Shown here one piece after another: positions 34,165-46,501 of a DNA stretch of 64,000 bases (positions are counted from its first letter, which is position 1; every line of letters begins with the position of its first letter). Below the pieces are notes generated by a model. The model searched no databases and had not been told where the DNA came from. It was given only the letters and a program-made list of their open reading frames with translations. The position numbers were made by a program, and so were the translations under genes. This stretch comes from Eledone cirrhosa (Eukaryota): assembly GCA_964016885.1 (NCBI GenBank), contig OZ024753.1, positions 40,114,001 to 40,178,000 on the forward strand, given 5' to 3'.

Positions 34165-34302
34165 ATACTATTTTCATCAACCTTGAATGGATGAAATGCA
34201 AAGTTGATATAAGCGGAATTCGAACTAAGAGCAGAGAGTCGAAACGAATATCGCAAAGCATTCTATAAGACGTTTTAATAACTCTGTCAATTCGCCGCCG
34301 CC
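34165..34302 (-). mobile_element. Old SINE related to family A
   Basis: GGATGAAATGCAAAGTTGA...GGAATTCGAACT...AATTCGCCGCC. Confidence 0.6.
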
Positions 34303-34464
34303 TAAACGGCAGATATAGATTGTAAAAACAGTAGGACTGATTGATTAGAGAGAATAACTGAAGGTGAACGTGCAAGAGATAAAACAGACAAGAATAGAAA
34401 ATGTGAGGAGTTAGAAAGAGAGTGACACGATATAGAGAGAAGAATGCTAGGATTTATGAAGAAA

Positions 34465-34685
34465 TTGTTTCTACTTTCGGCACAAGGCCAAAATTTTGTG
34501 AGGAGGGGGGAGGGGAACGTCGCTTAAATCGACCCCAGTGCGTGACTGGTAGTTTATTTTATCGACCCCGTAAGGATGAAAGGCAAAGTTAACCACGGCG
34601 GGATTTGAACTCAGGCCGTAAAGGGGCGTAACTCTATGCTGCAAAGCATGGTGTCCGACACTACTGTTACTACCAATAGCACCAC
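34465..34685 (-). mobile_element. SINE family A, long-3' variant
   Basis: Core match, with extra GCTTAAATCGACCCCAG. Confidence 0.85.
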
Positions 34686-34720
34686 ATTACTTCAATTTTG
34701 AATGTAGGTTTATAATTATC

Positions 34721-34969
34721 AATTTTCAATAGATTTACATAGCTGTCTCGGTAGCCTAGTGGAAGGTACCATAGACGACAGAGGTCCTGGTCTGGAGTTC
34801 GAACTTGGCTAGGGTTCCCGGTTATTGTTTTTTCCTAAAGGATGTAGAATAAAAACTAAAATCGATTATATGAACCCTTGACCAGGATTGAACCCAAGAC
34901 CAGGATCTCAACCGTCCCTATCACCTACCGCTGGGCTACTGAGACAGCTACGAAAATCATATAGAAATT
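34721..34969. repeat. Inverted repeat built from two diverged tRNA-like heads
   Basis: TAGCTGTCTCGGTAGCCTAGTGG...GTTCGAAC versus ...CCGCTGGGCTACTGAGACAGCTA. Confidence 0.7.
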
Positions 34970-34979
34970 CATATTTAGT

Positions 34980-35145
34980 ATAGGCACAAGGCCACTAACT
35001 TTTTTTTTGGTGGGGGGGATGATTAAATCGACCCAGTACGTTACTGGTACTTTATTTTATCGACCCCGTAAGGATGAAAGGCAAAGTTAATCTCGGCAAC
35101 AAGATTTGAACTGAGATCATAAAGGGCCGTAACTCTACGCTGCAT
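34980..35145 (-). mobile_element. SINE family A variant, 5'-truncated
   Basis: Core match to family A. Confidence 0.82.
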
Positions 35146-35708
35146 CGGTGCGATTTATAAATAATAATTGTATTATCATAGGAAGGGGTTTGGAATAAAA
35201 GTAAGACCTGAAAAAAAGTAAGAGAGGAATAAATATCGGACTGGCATTTGGAGGATGTGTTGGAGGTAATGGCGGTGTAAGTGAAATGATGAGGCAGTTA
35301 CGTACTGTAGAAACAGTGAGATGTTTATAGAAGAACCGTACTGTGTCAAGATTGGGACGGGACGAGGAGGGGGGGGAATGTGAGAGTATTTTGTTCCCGT
35401 CCGGTATATATTACGACTATAATTTTTTTAAATTGTCATCGGCCGCTAGTGATGTATGGAGAAGTGCTTGGATGGAAGTATAAAGTAGACCTTTATGAGG
35501 ACGATCGTGATAATGTTGGTGGTAGTAGTTGTAGAGGAGTGTGGTGGTGGTTGTAGAGGAGTGTGGTGGTGGTGATTAAAGTGGTGGCCGTAAGAGGAAA
35601 AACACATTATGGTGATTTTTTTTATCTTTGAGTGATAGAGGGAGCTTTTATAAGAGCAGTAGTTTCAGGTGGTAAGAAATCACCAGAGTGTATATATATA
35701 TATATATA

Positions 35709-35918
35709 TAGGAACGAGTAGGACCCCGACGGCTGAGCTCAAGCCGTTTCGACGGCTAATTCTGGACTAAAATATTTTAGTCCAGAATTAGCCGTCGAAA
35801 CGGCTTGAGCTCAGCCGTCGGGGTCCTACTCGTTCCTATTACCCACTCTACTACCCTAAGTATTGAGTACTTTGGTGCGTTATGGTCCACCTGGTTCCTT
35901 ACCACATTTCCTTCGTTA
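35709..35918 (+). mobile_element. Fold-back element family C
   Basis: Perfect 130-bp palindrome 35709-35838 with no spacer, plus an 80-nt tail. Confidence 0.92.
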
Positions 35919-35982
35919 TATATATATATATATATACACTCCGGTGATTTCTTACCACCATATATATATATATATATATATA

Positions 35983-36095
35983 TTGGAAAAGAGTCAGGAC
36001 CCCAACGGCTGAGCTCCGGCCGTTTCGACAGCTAAGTCTGTTCAGCCGTCCTGACTCTTTTCCTATTACCCACTCTACTACCCTAAGTATGGAGT
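35983..36095 (+). mobile_element. Family C subfamily 2, internally deleted
   Basis: GGAAAAGAGTCAGGAC...GTCCTGACTCTTTTCCTATTACCCACTCTACTACC. Confidence 0.8.
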
Positions 36096-36147
36096 GGTTG
36101 TCGTATGATGGTAGATATCGTGTTGATGTTCATGGTTGTCCTGTATG

Positions 36148-36252
36148 AACTCAATACATTAGTAGAGTGTAAACATCAAGTTTAATAGAGAAATGTCTTC
36201 TACATGACTAGAACTATTTCATTCAAAAGAAATCACCTGGAAAGTTTTCCTG
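36148..36252 (-). mobile_element. Degenerate family D copy with tail
   Basis: CTTCTACATGACTAGAACTATTTCATTC...GAAATCACCTGG; tail contains ACTCAATAC. Confidence 0.6.
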
Positions 36253-37177
36253 CGACTATATGATCGTTCAATGACACAATGTAGAAATCGGTTGTATTCA
36301 GAGCTGGGAAGGTATAGGCTAAAATACTTGAATGAGTTGGGTTGCATGAGAGAGACAGACTGTGGTAACACCTATGTTGTAATTCCCCAATGATTGTCGT
36401 GACGCTGGTTCAAGCCTATATAATGGAAACGGTGAACGTAGCAGTGGTGACTGGGTCGTAATGGGGTGCTGGTTAAGGGGTCCTTCTGTCCTAAATCCGA
36501 CACTGACTGCGTGTGATTCTAGAATGTCTTGATTGCTGTTTTTAGCTGCTCAAGGTATCTCACAGAAGACATTTCATCGGCTTGTATAAAGATGTGCAAG
36601 TAGTGGTGTTTATTAGTGTTTAACCTCAGGTCAAACCTGATTAAGCTGATAGACACATGAGGAAAGTCAATCCAGCCGTGACAATCCCCCTCTGTTTCCT
36701 ATGTATAAGTAACCCAGGACTATTGTATCCAGCAGGTCCATTTCTAAGATGGTAATTAGTCATTACTAATGAGATAATTAGTAAATTGAGTGAGATTTGG
36801 CTGCTATTTCTTGCATTTTGAGCAAGTAGAAACAGGTTTACTTGTTAGCTCGGTGTGGAGGCGGTGAAAGTTGTAAGTCAAAGAACAGGGGAAGGTGAAA
36901 GTAGGAGACGGGAGGGGGAGAAGGGGGGTGGGAGAAGAAGAAGAAGAAGAAGAAGAAGAAGAAGAAGAAGAAGAAGAAGAAGAAGAAGAAGAAGAAGAAG
37001 GAGGAGGAGGAGGAGAAGGCAGAGGGAGAAAATAGAGGAAGTAAAGAATATATGGGAAGGGGAGGGGCGGACGAAGATACATGTACAGGAAGAGTAGAAC
37101 GAGAGAGAGAGAGAGAGAGGAGGAAAAAGAATGAAGCGGTTGTCAGAGGGAGAAGGAGAAAGATAGGGAGATAGAGG

Positions 37178-37247
<70 letters not shown>

Positions 37248-37349
37248 AGATAGAAAATAAGGAAGTGAGCAACAAGGAGTTGTTAGTGGTGGTGGTGTTG
37301 GTGGTGGCGGTGGTGGCGAAAATGACGTGGTTTGTAGTGCTGATAGTGA

Positions 37350-38475
37350 TTATTTACGGTGGCGGGTGTGTTTGTGGTGGTGGTGGTGGTGTTGATAGTG
37401 GAGGTGGGGTGGGGGTGGGGTGGGGATGGGGGGGTAGTGGTGATGGAGGTGGTGGTAGTGTTTGAGGTGGTGGTGGTGGTGTTGATAGTGGAGGTGGTGG
37501 GTGGTGGGGTGGGGTAGTGGTGATGGAGGTGGTAGTGATGGAGGTGGTGGTAGTGTTTGAGGTGGTGGTGCTGATGGAGGTGGTAGTGGTGGAGGGCGTG
37601 GTGGTGGGAGGGGGTAGTGGTGATGGAAGTGGTAGTGTTTGAGGTGGTGGTGGTGGTGATGGAGGTGGTAGTGGTGGAGGCGGTGGTAGTGTTTGAGGTG
37701 GTGGTGGTGGTGATGGAGGTGGTAGTGGTGGAGGTGGTGGTAGTGTTTGAGGTGGTGGTGGTGGTGATAGTGTTGATAGTGTTGGTAGTGGAGTGGGGTG
37801 GTGATGGAGGTGTGGTGGTGGTGGGGGGGGATGTGGGATGTCGTAGTGGTGGAGGTGGTGGTAGTGTTTGAGGTTGTGGTGGTGCTGGAGGTGGTAGTGG
37901 TGGTAGTGGTGGAGGTGGTGGTAGTGTTTGAAGTTGTGGTGGTGCTGGAGGTGGTGGTGCTGATGGAGGTGGTGGTGGTGGTGTTGATAGTGGAGGTTGT
38001 GGTGGTGGTGGTGGGATGTGGGTTGTCGTAGTGGTGGAGGTGGTGGTAGTGTTTGAGGTGGTGGGATGTGGGTTGTCGTAGTGGTGGAGGTGGTGGTAGT
38101 GTTTGAGGTTGTGGTGGTGCTGGAGGTGGTAATGGTGGAGGTGGTGGTAGTGTTTGAGGTTGTGGTGGTGCTGGAGGTGGTAATGGTGGAGGTGGTGGTA
38201 GTGTTTGAGGTTGTGGTGGTGCTGGAGGTGGTGGTGCTGATGGAGGTGGTGGTGGTGGTGGTGTTGATAGTGGAGGTGGTGGTGGGGGTGGGATGTGGGT
38301 TGTCGTAGTGGTGGAGGTGGTGGTAGTGTTTGAGGTTGTGGTGGTGCTGGAGGTGGTAGTGGTGGAGGTGGTGGTAGTGTTTGAGGTTGTGGTGGTGCTG
38401 GAGGTGGTAGTGGTGGAGGTGGTGGTAGTGTTTGAGGTTGTGGTGGTGCTGGAGGTGGTGGTGGTCGAGGTGGTG
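37350..38475. repeat. GGT-rich compound minisatellite
   Basis: Recurring GGAGGTGGTGGTAGTGTTTGAGG. Confidence 0.9.
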
Positions 38476-38804
38476 GTCTATGTAAAGAACCGAACCAAAC
38501 AAAGGTTTTGTAAATGGCTGCCCGGTAGGTTGGTTGGTCAATTGATTAAATGGCTGGCTGTCTGGTCAGGCGGCTGGTCGGTCCGTCAATCGGTTGGTTT
38601 ATCTGTCTATCGGTAGGTCTGTCTGTCTGTTGGTCGGCTGGTTGGTCGGACTGTCTGTCTGTCCACCGGTCAGGCGATCGGTCTGTCTGTCTGTCGGTCG
38701 GTCTGGTTGGCTGGCTGACTGGCTAGGCGGTTGGTTGGTCAGTCTGTCTGTCGGTTGGTAGGTTGGTCGTTCGGCTGGCTGGTGGGCAGGCAAGGTGGAT
38801 GGTC

Positions 38805-39880
38805 AGACCTTCGGCTGGCTGGCTGACTAGGGTGGTGGTCGGTCGTTCGGCTGGCTGGCTGTTTAGGGGGTTGGTCGGTCGTTCGGCTGGCTGGCTGGCT
38901 GGCTGGCTGGCTGGATAGGGTGGTGGTCGGTCGTTCGGCTGGCTGGCTGTTTAGGGGGTTGGTCGGTCGTTCGGCTGGCTGGCTGGCTGGCTGGCTGGCT
39001 GGATAGGGGGGTGGTCGGTCGTTCGGCTGGCTGGCTGGTTAGGGGGTGGGGGGTGGGGTCGGTCGTTCAGCTGGCTGGCTGGTTAGGGGGTTGGTCGGTC
39101 GTTTGGCTGGCTGGCTGGTTAGGGGGGTGGGGGGTGGGGTCGGTCGTTCAGCTGGCTGGCTGGTTAGGGGGTTGGTCGGTCGTTTGGCTGGCTGGCTGGT
39201 TAGGGGGTTGGTCGTCGTTCAGCTGGCTGGCTGGTTAGGGGGGTGGTCGGTCGTTCGGCTGGCTGGCTGTTTAGGGGGTTGGTCGGTCGTTCAGCTGGCT
39301 GGCTGGTTGGTTAGGGGGTTGGTCGGTCGTTCAGCTGGCTGGCTGGTTAGGGGGTTGGTCGGTCGTTCAGCTGGCTGGCTGGTTGGGGGGTGGTCGGTCG
39401 TTCAGCTGGCTGGCTGGCTGGTTATGGTGTTGGTTGGTCGTTCAGCTGGCTGGCTGGTTGGTTAGGGTGTTGGTCGGTCGTTCAGCTGGCTGGCTGGTTA
39501 GGGGGTTGGTCGGTCGTTCAGCTGGCTGGCTGGTTAGGGTGTTGGTCGGTCGTTCAGCTGGCTGGCTGGTTATGGTGTTGGTTGGTCGTTCAGCTGGCTG
39601 GCTGGTTAGGGTGTTGGTCGGTCGTTCAGCTGGCTGGCTGGTTAGGGTGTTGGTCGGTCGTTCAGCTGGCTGGCTGGTTGGTTAGGGGGTTGGTCGGTCG
39701 TTCAGCTGGCTGGCTGGTTAGAGGGGTGGTCGGTCGTTCAGCTGGCTGGCTGGTTGGTTAGTGGGGTGGTCGGTCGTTCAGCTGGCTGGCTGGTTGGTTA
39801 GGGGGTTGGTTGGTCGTTCAGCTGGCTGGCTGGTGAGCTGGATAGGGGGTGGTCGGTCGTTCGGCTGGCTGGCTGGCCGA
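38805..39880. repeat. ~36-bp G-rich minisatellite
   Basis: Unit GGTCGGTCGTTCAGCTGGCTGGCTGGTTAGGGGGTT. Confidence 0.92.
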
Positions 39881-40271
39881 TCAGACGGTTGGTCGGTCGG
39901 TCGTTCGGTAAGTCGGTTGGTATGGCTGGCAAGTCACACTTGATGGCAGGTGGGAGCCAGACATGGTGTCGCCATTCGAGATAAGAAGAGCCAACAATTC
40001 TACACTACCGACCTTTCAGCCCAGTCGGGGCGGTTGGAAACAAATACACACACTCACACACACTCACACACACATACCAAACATACACATTCATATACAT
40101 ACACACATTTATATATATATATATATATATTTTTATATACACACATATATATATATATATGTATATGTACAGGTATTTAGAGAAACACACGTGCATGTTT
40201 ATACATACCACACACACACACACTCTCTCTCTCACACACACATATATATAATATATATGTTTGGGTAGGTG

Positions 40272-40289
<18 letters not shown>

Positions 40290-40327
<38 letters not shown>

Positions 40328-40679
40328 GGGGGGAGGAGAGGGAGACAGACAAACACAGTCAGACAGATAGAGAAAAGGAGAGAGAGAGAGAGAGTGTGTG
40401 AGTGAGACAGATCGACAGAGACAGACAGAGAAAAAGAGAGAGAGAGAGATAGACATACATAAAGACAGAGAGAGATAGACAGATAGAGAGAGATAGAGAA
40501 AAAGAGAGAGATAGATAGACATACAGACAGACAGAGAGAGAGATAGACAGATAGAGAGAGATAGAGAAAAAGAGAGAGAGAGATAGACATACAGACAGAC
40601 AGACAGAGAGAGATAGACAGATAGAGAGAGATAGAGAAAAAAAAGAGCGAGGGAGAGAGAGAGAGAGAGAGGGAGAAAG

Positions 40680-40754
<75 letters not shown>

Positions 40755-41000
40755 TACATACATATAGACAGAGAAAGCGATAGACAGATAGAGAGAGATA
40801 GAGAAAAAGAGAGAGATAGATAGACATACAGACAGACAGACAGAGAGAGATAGACAGATAGAGAGAGATAGAGGAAAAAAAGAGCGAGGGAGAGAGAGAG
40901 AGAGAGAAAGAGAGAGAAACATACATACATATAGACAGAGAAAGACAGACATATATATATATATAGAGAGAGAGAGGGGGTGCGAGAGAGAGAGAGAGAA
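40290..41000. repeat. (AG)/(AGAC)/(AGAT) compound repeat
   Basis: Read directly from the sequence. Confidence 0.9.
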
Positions 41001-41081
41001 ATAGGAAATATAAGTACAAAAAGTTGCAGAATTTGTTTTTATTGCTGTTGCTATTTAACGTTTGCTATTTTGACGGTGATT

Positions 41082-43502
41082 TTTTTACTCTTGTTCTCCT
41101 GTGCCTTAAATTATCTCCTTTTTTACTCTTGTTCTCCTGTGCCTAAAATTGTCTCCTTTTTTACTCTTGTTCTCCTTTGCCTTAAATTGTCTCCTTTTTT
41201 ACTCTTCTTCTCCTGGGCCTTAAATTGTTTCCTTTTTTACTCTTGTTCTCCTGTGCCTTAAATTATCTCCTTTTTTACTCTTGTTCTCCTGTGCCTTAAA
41301 TTATCTCCTTTTTTACTCTTGTTCTCCTGTGCCTTAAATTATCTCCTTTTTTACTCTTGTTCTCCTGTGCCTTAAATTATCTCCTTTTTTACTCTTGTTC
41401 TCCTGTGCCTTAAATTGTCTCCTTTTTTACTCTTGTTCTCCTGTGCCTTAAATTGTCTCCTTTTTTACTCTTGTTCTCCTGTGCCTTAAATTGTCTCCTT
41501 TTTTACTCTTGTTCTCCTGTGCCATAAATTATCTCCTTTTTTACTCTGGTTCTCCTGTGCCTTAAATTATCTCCTTTTTTACTCTTGTTCTCCTGTGCCT
41601 AAATTATCTCCTTTTTTACTCTTGTCTCCTGTGCCTTAAATTATCTCCTTTTTTACTCTTGTTCTCCTGTGCCTTAAATTGTCTCCTTTTTTACTCTTGT
41701 TCTCCTGTGCCTTAAATTGTCTCCTTTTTTACTCTTGTTCTCCTGTGCCTTAAATTGTCTCCTTTTTTACTCTTGTTCTCCTGTGCCTTAAATTGTCTCC
41801 TTTTTTACTCTTGTTCTCCTGTGCCTTAAATTATCTCCTTTTTTACTCTTGTTCTCCTGTGCCTTAAATTGTCTCCTTTTTTACTCTTGTTCTCCTGTGC
41901 CTTAAATTATCTCCTTTTTTACTCTTGTTCTCCTGTGCCTTAAATTGTCTCCTTTTTTACTCTTGTTCTCCTGTGCCTTAAATTGTCTCCTTTTTTACTC
42001 TTCTTCTCCTTTGCCTTAAATTGTCTCCTTTTTTACTCTTCTTCTCCTGGGCCTTAAATTGTCTCCTTTTTTACTCTTGTTCTCCTGTGCCTTAAATTGT
42101 CTCCTTTTTTACTCTTCTTCTCCTTTGCCTTAAATTGTCTCCTTTTTTACTCTTCTTCTCCTGTGCCTTAAATTGTCTCCTTTTTTACTCTTGTTCTCCT
42201 GTGCCTTAAATTATCTCCTTTTTTACTCTTGTTCTCCTGTACCTTAAATTGTCTCCTTTTTTACTCTTGTTCTCCTGTGCCTTAAATTGTCTCCTTTTTT
42301 ACTCTTGTTCTCCTGGGCCTTAAATTGTCTCCTTTTTTACTCTTGTTCTCCTGTGCCTTAAATTATCTCCTTTTTTACTCTTGTTCTACTGTGCCTTAAA
42401 TTGTCTCCTTTTTTACTCTTGTTCTCCTGTGCCTAAAATTGTCTCCTTTTTTACTCTTGTTCTCCTGTACCTTAAATTGTCTCCTTTTTTACTCTTGTTC
42501 TCCTGTGCCTTAAATTGTCTCCTTTTTTACTCTTGTTCTCCTGTGCCTAAAATTGTCTCCTTTTTTACTCTTGTTCTCCTGTACCTTAAATTGTCTCCTT
42601 TTTTACTCTTGTTCTCCTGTGCCTTAAATTGTCTCCTTTTTTACTCTTGTTCTCCTGTGCCTTAAATTATCTCCTTTTTTACTCTTGTTCTCCTGTGCCT
42701 TAAATTGTCTCCTTTTTTACTCTTGTTCTCCTGTGCCTTAAATTATCTCCTTTTTTACTCTTGTTCTCCTGTGCCTTAAATTGTCTCCTTTTTTACTCTT
42801 GTTCTCCTGTGCCTTAAATTGTCTCCTTTTTTACTCTTCTTCTCCTTTGCCTTAAATTGTCTCCTTTTTTACTCTTCTTCTCCTGGGCCTTAAATTGTCT
42901 CCTTTTTTACTCTTGTTCTCCTGTGCCTTAAATTATCTCCTTTTTTACTCTTGTTCTACTGTGCCTTAAATTGTCTCCTTTTTTACTCTTGTTCTCCTGT
43001 GCCTTAAATTATCTCCTTTTTTACTCTTGTTCTCCTGTGCCTTAAATTGTCTCCTTTTTTACTCTTGTTCTCCTGTGCCTTAAATTATCTCCTTTTTTAC
43101 TCTTGTTCTCCTGTGCCTTAAATTGTCTCCTTTTTTACTCTTGTTCTCCTGTGCCTTAAATTGTCTCCTTTTTTACTCTTGTTCTCCTGTGCCTAAAATT
43201 GTCTCCTTTTTTACTCTTGTTCTCCTGTGCCTTAAATTGTCTCCTTTTTTACTCTTGTTCTCCTGTACCTTAAATTGTCTCCTTTTTTACTCTTGTTCTC
43301 CTGTACCTTAAATTGTCTCCTTTTTAACTCTTGTTCTCCTGTACGTTAAATTTCCTCCTTTTTTACTCTTGTTCTCCTGTGCCTTAAATTACTCCTCTTT
43401 TTACCTCCTGTTCTCCTGTGCCTTAAATTACCCCCTTTTTTACCACCTATTCTCCTGTGCCTTAAATTGCCCCCTTTTTAACTCTTGTACTCCTGTGCCT
43501 TA
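41082..43502. repeat. 38-bp tandem satellite, ~63 copies
   Basis: Unit TTGTTCTCCTGTGCCTTAAATTRTCTCCTTTTTTACTC; period 41281 to 41319. Confidence 0.96.
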
Positions 43503-43749
43503 TTTTACCTTATTTTGTTTCCCATTTATTTATCTTTGTGCCCCTTTTATTTATTTATTTACTTTCTTCTTTTTATTATTGTGTGTGTATCTTTTTCTCT
43601 ATTTTCATTTTACAACTAAACGACTGAAAGACCAACTGAGTGAAATATCAGCCTGGTAGACAGGCAGGAGGACAGACAGATAGATAAATGGACAGATATT
43701 CTTCACATTTCTGGCCTTGTGCCTGAAGTAGAAACAATTATTAGTATCC

Positions 43750-43965
43750 TGGAGGATTTTCAGTAATCGGTAGAGCGTCAGAAATCATGCTTTGCGGCAT
43801 AGAGTTACGGTTCTTTAAGTTCTGAGTTCAAATCCCACTGAGGTTAGATTTACTCTTCATCTTTACGGGGTCGATAAAATAACGTACCAGTTTAGCACTA
43901 GGGCCGATTTAATAAACTTACCCCTCACCCCGAAATTGTTGGCCTTGTGCCTAAATCAGAAACCC
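43750..43965 (+). mobile_element. SINE family A, diverged long-3' variant
   Basis: GAGTTCAAATCCC...GGGGTCGATAAAAT...GGCCTTGTGCC. Confidence 0.82.
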
Positions 43966-44173
43966 TTATTTATTATAGTACATAATAGATAGCGGGTGCT
44001 TAAATGAACTGCTAGACGTGAGAACGTTGGAGAAAATACCTTGCAATGAATTTATATATATATAAATAGTTCCACAAGAGTTAGTTCACCTTTGAAACAT
44101 TTGTTCTTGGTTTGGTGAACTAACTGCAGAGGAAGAACTATTGCTACCGGACTCATCCTATCGACTGAGAGCT

Positions 44174-44228
<55 letters not shown>

Positions 44229-44252
44229 GGATATAACCCTCCAATGTTCTAC

Positions 44253-44312
<60 letters not shown>

Positions 44313-44317
<5 letters not shown>

Positions 44318-44362
44318 AATGATGGTTGGAAGATCACTGATGAAGGACTAACTTTATTCATA
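44313..44362 (+). mobile_element. Family G fragment
   Basis: ATACCAATGATGGTTGGAAGATCACTGATGAAGGACTAACTTTATTCA, identical to the end of the right arm near 61243-61291. Confidence 0.85.
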
Positions 44363-44378
44363 TATATATATATATATA

Positions 44379-44442
44379 TAGGAAAAGAGTCAGGACCCCG
44401 ATAGCTGAGCTCCGGCCGTTTCGACAACTATTTCTGAACTAA
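44379..44442 (-). mobile_element. Family C subfamily 2 fragment
   Basis: TAGGAAAAGAGTCAGGACCCCGA..GCTGAGCTCCGGCCGTTTCGACA. Confidence 0.82.
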
Positions 44443-44520
44443 CGCAGTATATCACTTTATATATATATATATATATTCATTCATTGCAAGGTATTTTGTC
44501 CAACGCTCTAACGACTATAT

Positions 44521-45682
44521 CTAAGGCGGGTAAAATTCCCGAGATCCATGGACGAGTTCTCTCCAGCGGTCTCTGTCCCTCATTATCGCTGCCATGTCCT
44601 GCATCTCCAACAGACCAGTGTCTGTCCTTAGGGCATCAACATACGTTAACCTTGGTCTTCCTCTTCTAGTGTGTCCATGTAGGGGCTCCCAAAGGAGTAC
44701 TGAGTGAAATGTCAACTCTGGATGTCGGTGAGCATGTCCAGCTAACCTCAGTCTCCTCTGTGTCACTTTTGAGCTGACTTTTGGGATGCTCCCATACAGC
44801 TCTGAGTTTTTCATCCTCAGTGTATACTGATTAATGTTCAGAGCCATCCTCAGCATTCTCGTGTAGCACCCATCTACCATCTGAGTGAGTCTCTTGGTCA
44901 GTGTCCAAGTCGCAGACCCATACAGCAGTACAGACTCCACTACAGCAATGAAGAGGCGGATTTTCAGGTCTCTACGAAGGTCCGACTTCCACACCGATCT
45001 CAAGCTGTGACACGCCGCCCAGGCCTTGCTCTTCCTCTCAACCACATATTCCCAATCTTTGCTCCCAAATACAGGAAGTCCTCAACCAATTCCAGCGGCT
45101 TCCCGCCTACATTAGTGATCCCCTCTGGCTTCTCAACATTCTCTACCAGATATTTTGTTTTAGTCTCATTCATTCTCAGCCCCACACTCATCGACACAGT
45201 CTCAACCTCCCGCATCAAATCCTCTGCCTCCCTCACTGTATTTGTCACCAAAACTATGTCGTCGGCAAATTCAGCATCCGATACCTTTTTCGCCCCAACT
45301 CTCCTGCTCTGAGCCGGTGCTACAGTAAAGCCAGAGTCCTGGTGTTTCTCCAGTGCAAGGCGCATACAATAGTCCACTACGATGATAAAAAGGTAGGGAG
45401 CCAATGTATCTCCCTGGAGCACTCCAGCCAGTATCTCAAAGAACTCTGTCATCCCATCAGGTGTAATGACTTGGGCTGTGGTGTTGGTGTAGAGCAGTGA
45501 TATCAGGTCCACTATCCTCTTGGGGATTCCATAAGCCTGTAAGATCTTCATCAGGCAGTAACGGTCCACAGAATCAAAGGCCTTCCTAAAGTCAATGAAA
45601 ACCATGACCGCAGGAAGGCACTTTGCTCTAGCTCCCTCTAATATCCTCCTCAGCATCAGGATGTGACTGATGGTTGATCTAC
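44521..45682 (-). mobile_element. 5'-truncated RTE-like LINE, reverse transcriptase and C-terminus, with a frameshift near 45045
   Basis: FIDFRKAFDSV, GVLQGDTLAPYLF, EFADD, FLYLG, VESVLLYGSATW, RRLRLAGH, RGRPR; 13-bp TSD CTAACGACTATAT at 44508-44520 and 45683-45695. Confidence 0.93.
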
Positions 45683-45723
45683 CTAACGACTATATATATA
45701 TATATATATATATATAAGAACAA

Positions 45724-45860
45724 GTATGTTGATGCCCTAAGGACAGACACTGGTCTGTTGGAGACGCAGGACATGGCAGTGATAATGAGAGACAGAGACC
45801 GCTGGAGAGAACTCGTCCATGGATCTCGGGAATTTTACACGCCTTAGATAGATAGATAGA
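45724..45860 (+). mobile_element. Short 3' copy of the same RTE family with a (GATA)n tail
   Basis: Reverse complement of 44521-44645 with a few substitutions. Confidence 0.9.
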
Positions 45861-46075
45861 TATATATATATAAATTCATATATATATAAAGTAATCATGA
45901 AATATACATGAGACAGCAGGTAAAGTAAGTATAGAGAGAACGTACATGAATTTACTAAGTCCCATTAGTGAAACAAAGATGGCCACTCTTGTTGCTATGC
46001 AATGTCTGCTTCAATAAAGAAACATCAACAGATGTCTAACCGGAAGTCAGTGAGTTCATTCAAAAAATAATAATA

Positions 46076-46111
<36 letters not shown>

Positions 46112-46464
46112 CACACAGAAAAAAATATAAAGAAAAATATATTGCATTTTCAAGTTTCCTATTGAGTCTTGTTTCTTCCACTTATTTATTTATTTATGTA
46201 TGTATTTATTTATTTTCCTTTTTATCCTCTTTAGTTTCCGTAAGTTTGGGCCCCCTTCTCCACCCCTCCTCCCCACATTTACTTCCCGAACACCTTGGCA
46301 ATCAACAGCTGTTGACAGGTGTGAAAATCTATGAAGACGGTAAAAATATTTATTTATCACAGTGTACACGAATGCACTAGCGACATCTCGCCCGACCATA
46401 GCTACACACACACACACACGCGCGCGCGCGCACGCACGCACACAAGCATACACACGCACATGCC

Positions 46465-46501
<37 letters not shown>

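Noticed and set aside
35709-35918. Interpreting family C as a classical MITE or miRNA hairpin
   Set aside because: Arm length varies, there is a one-sided tail and hammerhead halves are embedded, which fits a retro-element terminus better.
36620-36830. Old dispersed repeat resembling 62325-62500
   Set aside because: The similarity is too degraded to define boundaries or class by eye.
39945-40040. Possible host exon after GGCAG
   Set aside because: Short, no recognisable protein motif, and no convincing polypyrimidine tract or splice donor.
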